A stretch of DNA of 35,908 nt. Origin: Folioceros fuciformis. Taxonomy: Eukaryota. Location: positions 1 to 35,908 of the forward strand of contig JBNGIO010004596.1 of NCBI GenBank assembly GCA_049999805.1. The letters are read 5' to 3'. Each line of letters opens with the position of its first letter. Position 1 is the first letter of the stretch. Of this stretch, positions 11,796 to 23,534 are shown in pieces. The notes below the pieces were generated by a model. That model had not been told where the DNA came from and did no database searches. It saw only the letters and a list, made by a program, of their open reading frames with translations. A program made the position numbers and the translations under genes.

Positions 11796-12640
11796 ATGGT
11801 AAGTCAGGCAACCAGATTGGAGAGCGGTTGTTCTTGGATCAGCACTAGGCGTCGAGAAGGAGCATTGTTGCATATACGGGCCGTTGTGGAAGGAGGCATC
11901 CACAAGCAGTCCATTGCTTGTTGACAAAAGTTGGCATGCAACTGCTGCATATTCAATTTGAGCTGCTCACAAATCGACAGGGCAAAGTGCGATTGTCGAA
12001 ATGGTACTCGCCTTACTCTCAAAAGGAGAGAGCAAAGGTCGGTATCTAAATTTGAGTTTTGGTTTGCATCTTCTCGTTGAACTGTCTGCTCCAGAATGGT
12101 ATACAGATTTCCAGATCATCCACAGCTTAGTTCTCTGCTCCTTGGAAGGGAACCAAAACTCTAGAAGGTCGTGGAATGGCGAGGTTTGCAAGCTGTCTGT
12201 AACTTGCTGGAGCTCTTAGTCTGTCTTTACTTTTTTGTCGTTGTGTTGTAAATCCAAAACTTGACCTTGCAGTACGCGAGTCTTCACTATTTGCATGTGT
12301 CTGAGTCGGATGACAATAAGCTGGAAACGCGAGGGATAGTACACCACAACGATACTTCCGCAATGTGTGCTCTTCCAGTATTGGATTTTGAGTCTTTGTT
12401 CCTTGCAGGTGTATAAGCTAGATCTGGTCTTCAATTTTCACAAGAAGGTATGTATATCACAAGACCAGTTTATGTACATACGGAGCTGTTGGTGACAATT
12501 GTCAACCCTATCCAGTAGCCCAATATTAGTCCTGAGACATAGCTCCTTCACTATCCTGCAATGTTTTGGTAAGAGCTTGGGACGTAGAGGAAACTATACT
12601 GCATAGGCTTGGGACCAAGGTAGTAGCCCGGTTGCCACAC
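11796..12640 (+). pseudogene. Unprocessed pseudogene of AP-1 complex sigma (small adaptin) subunit
   Basis: ATG|GTAAGT micro first exon (11796-11798). Exon 11951-12037 IQFELLTNRQGKVRLSKWYSPYSQKERAK (acceptor AG mutated to AT). From 12115 IIH/LSSLLLGREPKL*KVVEWRGL (frameshift and stop). From 12273 YASL...DDNKLE..IVHH. 12409-12447 VYKLDLVFNFHKK. KVVARL remnant near 12620. The 3' boundary is approximate. Confidence 0.88.
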
Positions 12641-12875
12641 AGCAGATCTATGTAATTCGCTGAACATCCTGAATGCTAGGTCAGAATTGATCAGCATCTG
12701 AAATTTAATAGAATGGTACCAGACAGCCAAGAGTCTTTTGAGTAAAACCCACAAGAGGTCTTTAGTTCTGAAGGCCTGCTTCTTGAGTCCTGCCGGACAG
12801 GAAAGACTGCAAGAACGCTTGCAACGCGTGAAAAGGAATACTCAGCTGAAGCAGCCCTTGGATTCTCTGCCCTCT

Positions 12876-14000
12876 TCAAATTTCCACAGTGCAGGAAGAA
12901 TGGGTAAGGCCATTCTGAAACGGCTCCCTGTCCAAAGTGACCCATTCACCCACCTCACCCACTCCAAAGTCCCCACCGCCAGCCTTAAGAGGCCTGTAGA
13001 GGAGCCCGGATCCGCGCCCCTCAACAGACCCCGTCAAGAAGATGGAGCCCTGTGCGGCGGTGGCGTGAGGACTGAACCACCCGCCCTCGGGCACTCCGTC
13101 AATTTGTGCCCACGAATTGGAGGCTGGTTGGTATCTGAACATCTTCTGCAGGTAGAAGGAGTAGAGGCAGCTGTTTGCAACAACCAAGGCGCAAGGGCAC
13201 ACTCCTATAGGCCAGAAATCCTCGATCCTCTCCCAGGAAGAGGTAGCAGGATCATAGACATCCGCGCTCCTCACAAACCGGCCCTGAGAATCCGTGGGAT
13301 ACCCACTCACAACGTGAAACCTGGAGTTCAGGAGATATCCGGAGCACTCGTCCCGACCCTGGCTAAGGGGCGGGATCATCTCCCATCGGTTGCTCGCAAT
13401 ACTGAACACTTCAGCGGAAGTGAGCGCATTTTTGCTGTCGTCGTGTCCTCCTGCAACGTAAATCTTGCCGCCCCCCGCTGCACACGCGAAGAAGGAGCGC
13501 ACGTTGAGCATGTCTGCACACCTCGTCCAAGAGCGCGTGGAGAAATTGAAAGCGTAGACGGTCTTCATCGCCTCCCATGTGGTGGGATTCCACCCTCCGA
13601 GCACAAACAAGGTCCCCTCGTGACCCACCGCCTGGCAGAAGAGCGGCATCCCCTGCGGGAGCTCGGGAATCAGCGGCAACTTATCCCAGCTCCCGGTTCT
13701 CACATCATACACCGCGACTGCATACACTGGAGCCGCCAAAAGCTTCCCCACGACCGGCGCAGGCAAAGCCTGGACGAGGCACACGGCCTGGCTCGTCGTC
13801 CCGGCCCTTCTCCGCTGCTCGTAGAAGTCGTGCCCGCTCACCAGCCGCTCCCACCTCCGGCACACCCCCAGCAGCTGCGGATGACACTTGTAGGAAACCC
13901 GCAGCAGGCACTCCATCGCAATGTCCTCCGGCAGACCCGGTATGAGTTCCCCATCCGCGGCTCCGCCCTGCGCATGGGCCAAAGCCACGGCCGTAGCCAT
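12876..14000 (-). CDS. F-box/kelch-repeat protein of the KFB/KISS ME DEADLY-like group, intronless, about 374 aa
   Basis: F-box LIPGLPEDIAMECLLRV...VCRRW. Kelch motifs LFCQ, VLGGWNPTTW, RSFFAC, VAGGHDDSKNALTSAE, RDEC, SADVYDP. First in-frame ATG is at 14000; the frame stays open to 14069. Confidence 0.92.
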   Translation of the reverse strand: MATAVALAHAQGGAADGELIPGLPEDIAMECLLRVSYKCHPQLLGVCRRWERLVSGHDFYEQRRRAGTTSQAVCLVQALPAPVVGKLLAAPVYAVAVYDVRTGSWDKLPLIPELPQGMPLFCQAVGHEGTLFVLGGWNPTTWEAMKTVYAFNFSTRSWTRCADMLNVRSFFACAAGGGKIYVAGGHDDSKNALTSAEVFSIASNRWEMIPPLSQGRDECSGYLLNSRFHVVSGYPTDSQGRFVRSADVYDPATSSWERIEDFWPIGVCPCALVVANSCLYSFYLQKMFRYQPASNSWAQIDGVPEGGWFSPHATAAQGSIFLTGSVEGRGSGLLYRPLKAGGGDFGVGEVGEWVTLDREPFQNGLTHSSCTVEI

Positions 14001-15810
14001 GGCCACCGCACAAGCTCCCCTTCCCTCCTCCGATCCCACCAGGTCGATACCGAAACCGATACCGATCAATTAGCCAGGGCGTCGCCTGCATGCAAGTCCG
14101 CACTCACTCTGGCTGAACCCGAACCCACAATAATTGGAAGAGACCCGAAACCAGGTGGAGAATCCCACACTCGTTTCAACGACAACCCACAACAACAATT
14201 GAGAAGGAGACCCACATCTAACAGCAGCAAGAGATGCAGCAGATTGCAGAATCAGACATGCCCGCAAAGCGCGTGTGGGCGGACTTTATATGCATGTCAC
14301 CGCAAGCCATAAAGCAGGACAACGCAATGGAGTGGCAGAGGGGCATCAGCCACGAGGAAACCCGCGCACTCCTTCTCTCTGCGGTCCCACGTCTGAGAGC
14401 GCGCAGTATTGGATGGGGCCCAAAGCATGCCCGCAGACGACTGCTGCGACACGCACAGTTTGCCGTTTGAAGACATACTGGGTACCGTGGTCCCCAGGCG
14501 GCGCTGCCGACACGTTTGCAGGCCTCTGAAGTGGAAATAGCAAGACTGGGTGCTATTGGGTTGCTGAACAAGCAGCCAAAGCGCGAACCAGTGTACGTAC
14601 ATTCTACTGGTACTGCTGTCCAACTTGCTATGGCCCGCCCATTCCACCGCACCCCACTCCACCCACCTTCTGCGCCACTCGCTCCAGCTACTCCAATGCA
14701 TTGTAGCCCCGAAAGCAAAGCTTCCCAACCCGGTCACCTGCTGCCACACGCTTTTCCGTTTTCGTTTTCTGACCAGGGATGACATGTTGGCGGTTGCTTG
14801 GCCCCCCTCCACCACTGTACGTCTGCTCGCAAGTGTCACCTCATTGGTGTAGGAGGAGAGGATAAGCCTTCTGCCTTCTGCCGTCTGCCTCCACCTCCTG
14901 GCCTGAGCCCACACGACAGCATTTTGCCGCGCCATCCACTGCGTGGGAGACTGCCTCCGCTTTTCCATACCCTTTATTCAAACAACGAACTGGACTTGAG
15001 GTATCTATCCTGTGACAGCCAATCGGATTCTGGCACTTGCTCTTCCATGGGATATGGTGACAGCCGCCATTTGTCCGTATCCCGTTGCCTCCAAGATTTT
15101 TTTTTTTTTATCTGCCGAGATATTTAGGAGGAACAGTTGCTAGAGCCCTGGCCCGCCTCCCTGACTGCTTCCGGTGTCGGATAAGGTCGCATTTATCCAG
15201 CTGCAAGGCTCCTGCCTACCCTTAGAAGGTGGGCTCATCGGCTCATTTGCGTCGATGGCGCGGGACACTGGAGATATTTACAGTATGTACTTAGCTTCTT
15301 CTTCATTTGGCTCCATCATACATGATGGGACCAAAATCTTCTGACTACATGCTGTACCTACCGCGGTTTACTTCCGGCCTCCCAGCGACCAATACTTCCT
15401 GAAACCAACACTGCTATGCAGTGACCAGACTTGGAGGACTGACACATCCCAGACAAGCTTTTTTTTGGTCTTATCGCTGCTTGGATGGGCGATTATCTTC
15501 TCCCTCCCACCTTGATCTATTACCTTGCAAAATCCATAAAGGATACCTATGAGGTACTTGGGATAGTTAGTGATTTGAACTTCAATTAGTACTTAAATTA
15601 GCAGGAAGACACGAAAACTCTTAAGTTTATCAAACTAAATGACATCTAGTAAAATCCTTATCATTTTTAACTAATAAATATAAAAGAGGAGAAGCTTGCA
15701 ATTGGGGACATAATGCCTTTCTAGGTGAAGCATGTGAAAAAGTATATGGCCACATCTCTTCTTCTTGTTTAAACATCAAACAAAGCAGTTGTTGTAATAC
15801 TCTCTACTTT

Positions 15811-16515
15811 TACAGTTGTGGGGTGCGACTAGACAACTCTAGTGCTCATCTTGCCTATTGCCCGATTAAGGGTCAATGGATTGCTATGCACGATACTATG
15901 TGAGATATTAAGGGTCAATGGATTGCTATGCACGATACTATGATGTGAGATGTCATGTTTTGGTTGGCCAAGGAGGCTAGTTTTCTACCCTTTATGGAGC
16001 GCCAATACAATGGACTTAACAATGTTTCTGTTCGAGAAAACCTTTTCCTCATCCATGGAGAACAGCGGGTTTCTATTATTGACGTGATTATAGCTAACCC
16101 CACACGAGTCTTGGTATGCGGGCATGTTGTCCTCAACTCCCCAAGGTGGGTGGCAGAGGGGAGCACATCGACTAAGATTCACTAGTACACCCCTCTACAA
16201 GTCGCACACACTTCTATCCCTCTTACCATAGAGATCCATGAGGCCATGTATAAGGCATTTTCCAAGTTTTTGAAATCTTGCGCCAATGTGGTTTAACAAC
16301 TTTGGTGGTAGGTAAACCCTTTCTCCTTCCAAACCATGATATTTAGGTATCTCTTTCCAGACCATAATATTTAGGTGCCTCTTTCCAGACCATGATATTT
16401 AGGTGCTATTGGTAGTCATTAGGATTTAGGGGGTTAGCACTTAGTGTACCAATTGATAATTCATCTTCTCTATAGGAGTAGATGGATTTTCCATCTTGTT
16501 TTTCTAAAATAAATT
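15811..16515 (+). mobile_element. 5'-truncated CRE-like (restriction-like endonuclease) non-LTR retrotransposon fragment, copy A
   Basis: Degenerate zinc knuckle SCGVRLDNSSAHLAYCPIKGQWIAMHD, then RDVMFWLAKEA, DVIIANPT, K...Y and IPLTIEIH. The 3' UTR ends in an AAATAAAT tail. Homologous to 21284-22235 in inverse orientation. Internal 42-bp duplication (15865/15907) and a 28-bp x3 repeat (about 16321-16407). Confidence 0.7.
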
Positions 16516-18593
16516 AAGAAAACATAATTTTAATAATAGATGGCTTTTAACTTCATTTAGGCAACAAAGTATTTCCTACTTGAATAGTTAAGTGAGAGAA
16601 TCTTGGAAACTATAGATGATAGGGTCCACAATCAAAAGCTTTTGTGGCTGCAATGCTGCATGGGCATCCCTTACACACTTGGGGTTGCAAGAATAGTGAG
16701 TAGGCAAGGAATCTTTTACTGGAAGGGCGTATGGCAAGTGCTTCAAGCCCACCCCTTACATTCTTGGGGATACAAGAATAGTGAGTAGGCAAGGAATGTT
16801 TTATTGGGGAGGGGCTATGGCAAGTGAAAAGTGTAGCAGCTTTTGAAAACAAAGGGTAGAGCTTTGTTCTTGTCCTATTAGTTCCAAAACATTGCCCAAC
16901 CTGGCGAAGTTGAGAGGTACCTAACTATACACTAGCGAAAGAGCCCAACCTCGATCATCAGAGCACCAAAACAATGACAACTTAAGTTTTGGCTTGGTGT
17001 GTCACCTTGGAGGGTTTTTCTGGATGGGGCTTTATGCAAACCATACCTTAGTGCCACAAGCCCTACCCCAAGTTGTCAGGCCGTGCGCTCCTCGTACCTC
17101 AACCTTGGTTTGTTATTCCTTCTTCCAATCCCCCACTCCTCATGGCTAACATACTATGAACATACTCTACTCCTTAACCTTAAGGTAATTACAATGAAAA
17201 AATTATTTGAAATGAGATGAAAAAAATCTATTTATCCCAAGAAAAGAAAATGGCTGAAAAAAAGGAAAAAAATAGGACTAACGCCCAACCTTAACTGGAC
17301 AGGCAGGCTAACACACTTTCATCGCCACAACATCTTGGCCTCGTGATTAGTCTGGGGAGATTGTCCCAGGGTTGGGTTTAGGGTTGTCCTCGGGGAAACT
17401 AGAACCTTGCATCTGCCCCAGTTCCGACGAAGACTGTGACTGGACGTAAATCCACGCAAGGAACGAAAGCAGTTTGAGTCGTCTGGGTGAGTATGGCCGT
17501 GAGAAAGAAGCAAGGAATCCAATGAGCCCGTTTGGATCCCAGGATCCCACAAGCTCAAGTGGCCACCGAGAATGCGAAATTTGCGCATCCGAATCGCCCA
17601 CTTGGGTTTCCGTGAGCTGCAGGCTCTCCCAGTCAGCATGTCAGGTACCCGCACATCTTTGTCATTCGGATAGTCAGCCCACGTCATGCGGATAAGCCTG
17701 GAAGAAGCACTGTTGCTGTGTCCCGGGCTTCCAGGCTCCATCTCTTTTGTTCAGTCCTGGATCTCTCTGACCCGTCTTGGTCGGTCTGTTTCCAAGTACC
17801 AACCGAGCCCTGTGGACGACAAGCTGGGCACTCGGCTGAATCTGAAGGCCAAAGTGCCCCCAACTTCAAGTCGGTCCCACATGCTTGTTTGATTCAGGGA
17901 TATTGCATGTGACTCGATATGTACTCGTCACACGAAGCATGGGCCATGGCACGGTCGATACCCCTGTTGCCGGTGCCGCTGCTGCTTGACAGCGTCGTCA
18001 CAACTGGCTCATCATCCTTGTCTGGCATCCGGAAGCCGAGCTCCTGTCCAGCACTTTTGTTCCATGTCTGTCACTGTCACTAGCGGCCCTGTCCTTGTAA
18101 AGCAAGCGGGGACGTATAGAATTTGGGTTGTGAGGATAGAGTTCACATGCGATAATAAACAGGTGTATATTTTATTGCAAAAAGGGATGGGAGACCCATC
18201 ACCCATATGTGAGGAAAGCCAATCTGCCAAGGGCAAAGGCCAGGAATGGATACAAATGTCTGCTGCCTTTTCAAGACAGAACAGAGCCAGTAGTAGAACA
18301 GAATGTCTTGTCTCCTGTCTCTGCCGCTTCTGATTTTTGCATCTGATGAATGCGACTAAGTTTATTATCTTCAGGTCGACTCCAGTTGTTCTGGAGCGTG
18401 TTGATGTACATACATCACAGACTCCTTCCATGCATCGTTTCAGGAGTAGCAGGGGGCATAGAGCATCTTTGTCGTGAAGACTCAAAACCTGCCAAGATAA
18501 AAGAAGGGCTCCCTCGCCCTTGCCGGCGGCTCCTACGCTTGAATAATTGTCATGAATTCTGTATTTCTGAAAAATGCGTCACTGTAGATGTGT

Positions 18594-20157
18594 CTAGAGC
18601 ATCACATCAGCTGGCGAGATGGACACTGAAGGAATCATGGAAACTGCGGCTGAGTACGTGCCATAAATTGCGAAGATGGCACCTGTCACCATGAGAATAT
18701 AGTCAACCACCCTTTCCACCGAGGACGCGTTGTCCTTGAACACCCGGATGTGCAATAGGGCGGGCAACAGGAACGCCAGCATAGCACAGACGGTGCTGCC
18801 CACCAAAGCAACAAATGCTCCAAACCCAGGTACCGAGACGGCCAAAAGGGCTGCAAAAATCACAAGGCCTCCGCGCGCCAAGTTCAAGAGAATTGGCTGC
18901 AGTCGGGGCGATGGCATCACATACACCTGGAACCATTCACTGAGCAGCAGCTTCCTTTCAAAAATCTCATGAACTGGATACATCATGACAGGGAAGGTGA
19001 AGACAAGCGCAATGCATAGCGCAGCCTTTACTGCCGATGTAGTCCAGTTGAGAGGCAAATTTAGGGTGATTATGTCCATGGTCGCCTGGCCAAATGCAAG
19101 ATAACCGACAAATCCGAAGGAGACGTATAACACGGTGATGAAGATGAATGCGTAGCCCAATACCTTTGGAAATTTCTTAGGCTCCCGCATAGAACCTTCC
19201 AGGGTTAGAGTCATCCCAAATCCCTCGAAACAGAAAATTGCTACACCCAGGGCGAAAGGAAGACCCCCCCAACTACAGAAAGGTAATACCTGCCAATGTC
19301 AAGGGAAGTCATCGTCAAAAAAACAGCAACGCCTGCAACAACGGGAAAGACCTGCAAAAGTATCCGATACCTCAACAGGGAAGGTGGTGGAATTGGAAGC
19401 TTAACAGCACTTACCTTATCAAACCCTGAGATCAGATGGAAATCGTCGTTGAAGACTATTGTCATGGCCAGAACGTTGCAGATGTCAGCAAAAATGCTAA
19501 AAGGTGCCAGACCAGCCAACGATCTCACACATGCCAAAACGATCTCCACCGGCACCAAAAAGAGAATAAAAGTTGAAAACTTGGAAGAACTGGACTGGAA
19601 GAACAGAGACGAAAGATTCTGGCCGATAAATATGAGGTAAGTCACGCAACATCCCACTTGAGAAATGACCACCAAAGTATCCACTACGCGCTGCCCAACC
19701 CTTCCACATGTTTCATAAGCGAGATCGCTGTATGTGTAGATCCCTATCCGGCCTTCCCGAACCAGCTGATCCCTGCTCCTCACCTGCAATAAAACCATCA
19801 CTTAAGTTAAGATAAGTGCGATTGCACACAATTGTACTGCCCGATCATAGCTCTGCTGCACACACGGGCAGTCCACAATACGTTCACTGCCAGACACCAA
19901 AGATAAGTCACGCATCCTAAGACAAGCAAGCTTACCAGAAGTACCATACAATAATACGATACCGAACCCGCCAGTACCACAATTCCTGTACCAGCTGCCC
20001 ACCCTGCAACCTTGAACGCGTATGGCAAGCCCAGCACACCACCACCCACGATGGAGATGACTATGTTGCCATAAGTTCTCAGCACTGAGGCTGTCCCTCC
20101 ACGGCTCTGCCCTAACAGGGGTGTTGATTCATTGGGCTTACGCGCACCAATCGTCAT
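18594..20157 (-). CDS. Amino acid transporter, ANT1/AVT3-like (Aa_trans), 3 exons: 20157-19936, 19783-19415, 19289-18594; about 428 aa
   Basis: N-terminal ESTPLL dileucine motif, GNIVISIVGGGVLGLPYAF, TYSDL, YLIFIGQN, LAPFSIFAD, GLPFALGVAIFCFEGFGMTLTLE, ALVGSTVCA. Two GT..AG phase-0 introns join the three ORF pieces in frame. Confidence 0.92.
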
Positions 20158-21283
20158 AGTGTCTCAAGCTCCTGAAGCTGCCAGGCAAGATTTCTTTTTT
20201 TCCTTTTCTTTCTAATTCTTGCTCAGTCCTCTCCAACGACGTTGTACAAGCTTCCACTCCCAGAGCTTGCACGATCCCACGCTGCACTCGTAATTCTAGA
20301 TCTCCCAGTCCTCCTTCCGATGGTGTCGAGTTGCAGAAAGGAGGCAAAATGCTTACGAATGGGTGTACCGTCTCGCAATCGCTCCTACCTCAGTGAATCA
20401 CTCTCTCAGACCCTGTGCCTTCGCTCACACTATCCCGCACGTCCCTTTCCCAAGAGGAACTGCGACTCCTGCCAAGAATCTCCAAAACCGAGTGTTCAAG
20501 GTCCAGGAGTTGCAGGAGACGTAGTTTCACGCCAATTCCTGAATCGAGAACCGCGCCGCCAATTACTTGGTTGCGAAGCTGTCCCTGAGTCCGACAAGGA
20601 CTCGCATCGGTGGCTGGTTGGCGCGTCAACTGAGAACCATGCCGTTTGTGGGAGTGGGAGGGCAACCGAGTTATAAGTCCCACAATGCCAGAGCTTTTCA
20701 AATGGTGGCTCAGGGAGTTCAAGGCCTGTCGCTACTCGCCTTCAGCTGCCTCGGTGGCGGTTATGCTTGTCTCGCGAGGCCGACAAATCCGAAAGGGGCG
20801 ATGTCGCCTGGCAACACTGTAGTCGCCAAGGATAAGAGAACCAGCGGTTATGAATTACAGTGAATTTTTATTATCTCAATCTCGATTTTTTCGTGTAAGA
20901 AAATGTTAGTAAGGGAATATGAAAACTTGAGGAATAAGACAATGCGTTTTGTGTCCGTTGCCACAATGTGGAGGCGGAACCCGCATTTATACCACCAGGA
21001 AGGAATCAATGTGGATACTATACTTCACACTTCTAAAAAGGAATCAATGTGGATACTATCTTTCACACTTCTAAAATTAGGACTTTCTATACGGATCACG
21101 AAAGTTAAGCTAAATAAAGAAAGAATCTTATATGGGCATGGGTATGGATGGTTCAAACCTATTCTAAGTTGAAACTTCTAAACTTGGGTTGGGATGTATT
21201 TTTAAAATTAATTATAAATATTTGTATATAAATTTAATATTAGGATATAGATTATGTGTAATCCAATAAAAGATAAAGTAATG

Positions 21284-22235
21284 ATTTATTTATTTTAAAA
21301 AACAAGATAGAAAAACCCATCTACTTTTAAAGAGGGATGTAAACCATGATAAGAACACTAGGAACTAGCCCCCTAAAGCCTTATGACTACCAATAACACC
21401 TAAAACATCATAGTCTAGGAGGAGAAAGGGTCTACTACTACCATTGGGGTTGTTAATCCCGCCTCTAGAAAGGGTCTACTACCACTGGGGTTGCTGATGC
21501 CAGCTCCAGAAAGGGTCTACTACCACTAGGGTTGCTAACGCTACCTCCAAAAAGGGTCTACTACCACTGGAGTTGCTAAGGCTGCCCGCCTCCAGAAAGG
21601 GTCTACTACCACTGGAGNNNNNNNNNNNNNNNNNNNNNNNNNNNNNNNNNNNNNNNNNNNNNNNNNNNNNNNNNNNNNNNNNNNNNNNNNNNNNNNNNNN
21701 NNNNNNNNNNNNNNNNNAAATGGGGTTGCTAACGCCTCCTCCAGAAAGGGTCTACTACCACTAGAGTTGCTAAGGCCGCCCGCCTCCAAGTCTGCTACCA
21801 CTGGGGTTGCTAACGCCTCCTCCAAAAAGGGTCTACTACCACTGGAGTTGCTAAGGCCGCCTACCTCCAAATGGGGTTGCTAACGCCTCCTCCAGAAAGG
21901 GTCTACTACCACTAGGGTTGCTAACGCCGCCTCCAGAAAGGGTCTACTACCACTAGGGTTGCTAACACCGCCTCTCTTACCAACGTTATTGTCTTGGCAT
22001 TAGCCAATGCACCCTGTAGAGCAATAGAATCCCTCTACCGAACAAAAATGCTACAAGAAGACCAAGGCCATTTTTCCTATTGTGAAACGCCTTGGCGCAA
22101 TACTTCAAAAACTTGGAAAATGCCTTGCACATGGATTTGTGGGTCTCAATGGCAAGGGGATAAAGGTGTGTCCAACCTGTAAAGGGGTGTACTTGTAAAC
22201 CTTGGTCGATGCACTCCCCTATGCGGTCCAACCCA
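21284..22235 (-). mobile_element. 5'-truncated CRE-like non-LTR fragment, copy B, containing an expanded minisatellite
   Basis: YPLAIETHKSMCKAFSKFLKYCAK aligns with copy A (16150-16300). The 3' UTR at 21284-21430 aligns with 16320-16515 and has the same AAATAAAT tail. Confidence 0.7.
21423..21975. repeat. 41-bp tandem minisatellite (AGAAAGGGTCTACTACCACTGGGGTTGCTAACGCCGCCTCC) spanning a 100-N gap at 21618-21717
   Basis: Unit starts at 21467, 21508 and 21549 (period 41). Variant and truncated units follow the gap. Confidence 0.92.
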
Positions 22236-22540
22236 GAGAGTTGAAAGACAAAGTCAAGGACATAAACATTTCTAATCTACTCGAGATGCTAGGTCAAGCC
22301 TAATATTTTGGAGATGGGATTGCATTAGATGTTATATTTAACTTGTTGTGTGATATATCTTTGATACAAGTCTAATATAGTTGTCATTATTAACAAAGGC
22401 ATAGATCCAAAAGAATTCCTTTGGTACTTAGAAGATAGAGGATCTTTCAAGCGATGATCGATCATGGCCTTTGTACACAAATGGATGTATGAAAGAGTTT
22501 TAATTCGACTAGAATTTCTTCCCTTAATAAAACAACCTAA

Positions 22541-22680
22541 GAGAAAGAGTCCATACTCAATCTATGCAAATGGATTCAGCATCTTAAGACAAAGAGTCTA
22601 TACTCGATCTATGCAAATGGATTAAGCATCTTCAGAGAAAGAGTCTACACTTGATCTATACAAATGGATTAAGCATCCTA
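22541..22680. repeat. Tandem repeat of about 47 bp x3
   Basis: GA(G/C)AAAGAGTC.A.ACT..ATCTAT(G/A)CAAATGGATT.AGCATC repeated three times. Confidence 0.8.
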
Positions 22681-23534
22681 TGCTCAAATATGTGATTAAA
22701 GCAAAGATGCTCTTTAAACGTTCTTAATGGACTCTAATGAAATTCTTCTTCTCCTTCCTATTCTATTCTAAGTAGTCTCTAAATAGTGTTTAGGGAGAGG
22801 AGTTTTTGTTTTTTTTTTCTTGTGCTTGGTTGGCATGATGAAAACTTAAAAGAAGGTAGGTAAGGAAGCCGGCATTCAAGGTCTTTGTATCTTTAAAAGT
22901 TGAGTCATGTGTGGGCANNNNNNNNNNNNNNNNNNNNNNNNNNNNNNNNNNNNNNNNNNNNNNNNNNNNNNNNNNNNNNNNNNNNNNNNNNNNNNNNNNN
23001 NNNNNNNNNNNNNNNNNTGTGTGGGCACATGTTTCCATAAACACTAGAAAATGACTTTCATTAAAACTAGAGCTATTAAAAAAGCCGATTAAACAACAAC
23101 TCCTACATGTGAGGGTGAGTTTAAACCCTTTACCTAAAAACTAATTTAGTGAAGTTTAAATCAAATATATTTATATTATTATATATTTAAATAACTATTT
23201 TTTTATGTAAGTAGAGAAAAAGACTTCTAAGTAGCAAAGTCATTATTTAAAGTACCCAAAGTTTTAAGAAAAATCATTTTTTTCAATTATAAAATAGACG
23301 AGGTCTCATCTCTTACTTTATAGTGAAGTTTTGAATTGTATGTGAGTATTTTAAAAAATTGAAGCAAAAATTAATATCTGTTAAATAATCATTCTTGTTC
23401 ATTTTATATAAATTGTAATTTGTCCTTGTCCATAATTCCTAGCTCTGAGGACTGGGGGATTTTGAATTGGTTCACTCTGGTGCAGGAATCTGTCGGATCA
23501 ACTAACCGGGCAAGAGAGACAGAAAATCCTGCGG

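Noticed and set aside
12738-14312. 524-aa plus-strand ORF
   Set aside because: Antisense shadow of the GC-rich F-box/kelch gene, with a non-ATG start and no recognisable motifs.
17319-18485. Several 60-157-aa ORFs downstream of the transporter
   Set aside because: No recognisable motifs, and ORFs on both strands are consistent with GC-rich UTR or non-coding sequence.
21423-21975. CRISPR-like periodic repeats
   Set aside because: Units are contiguous with no unique spacers, there are no cas genes, and the context is eukaryotic; it is a minisatellite.
22908-23027. TGTGTGGGCA repeated on both sides of the 100-N gap, resembling a target duplication
   Set aside because: More likely a contig-end overlap at a scaffold gap; nothing between the copies can be read.
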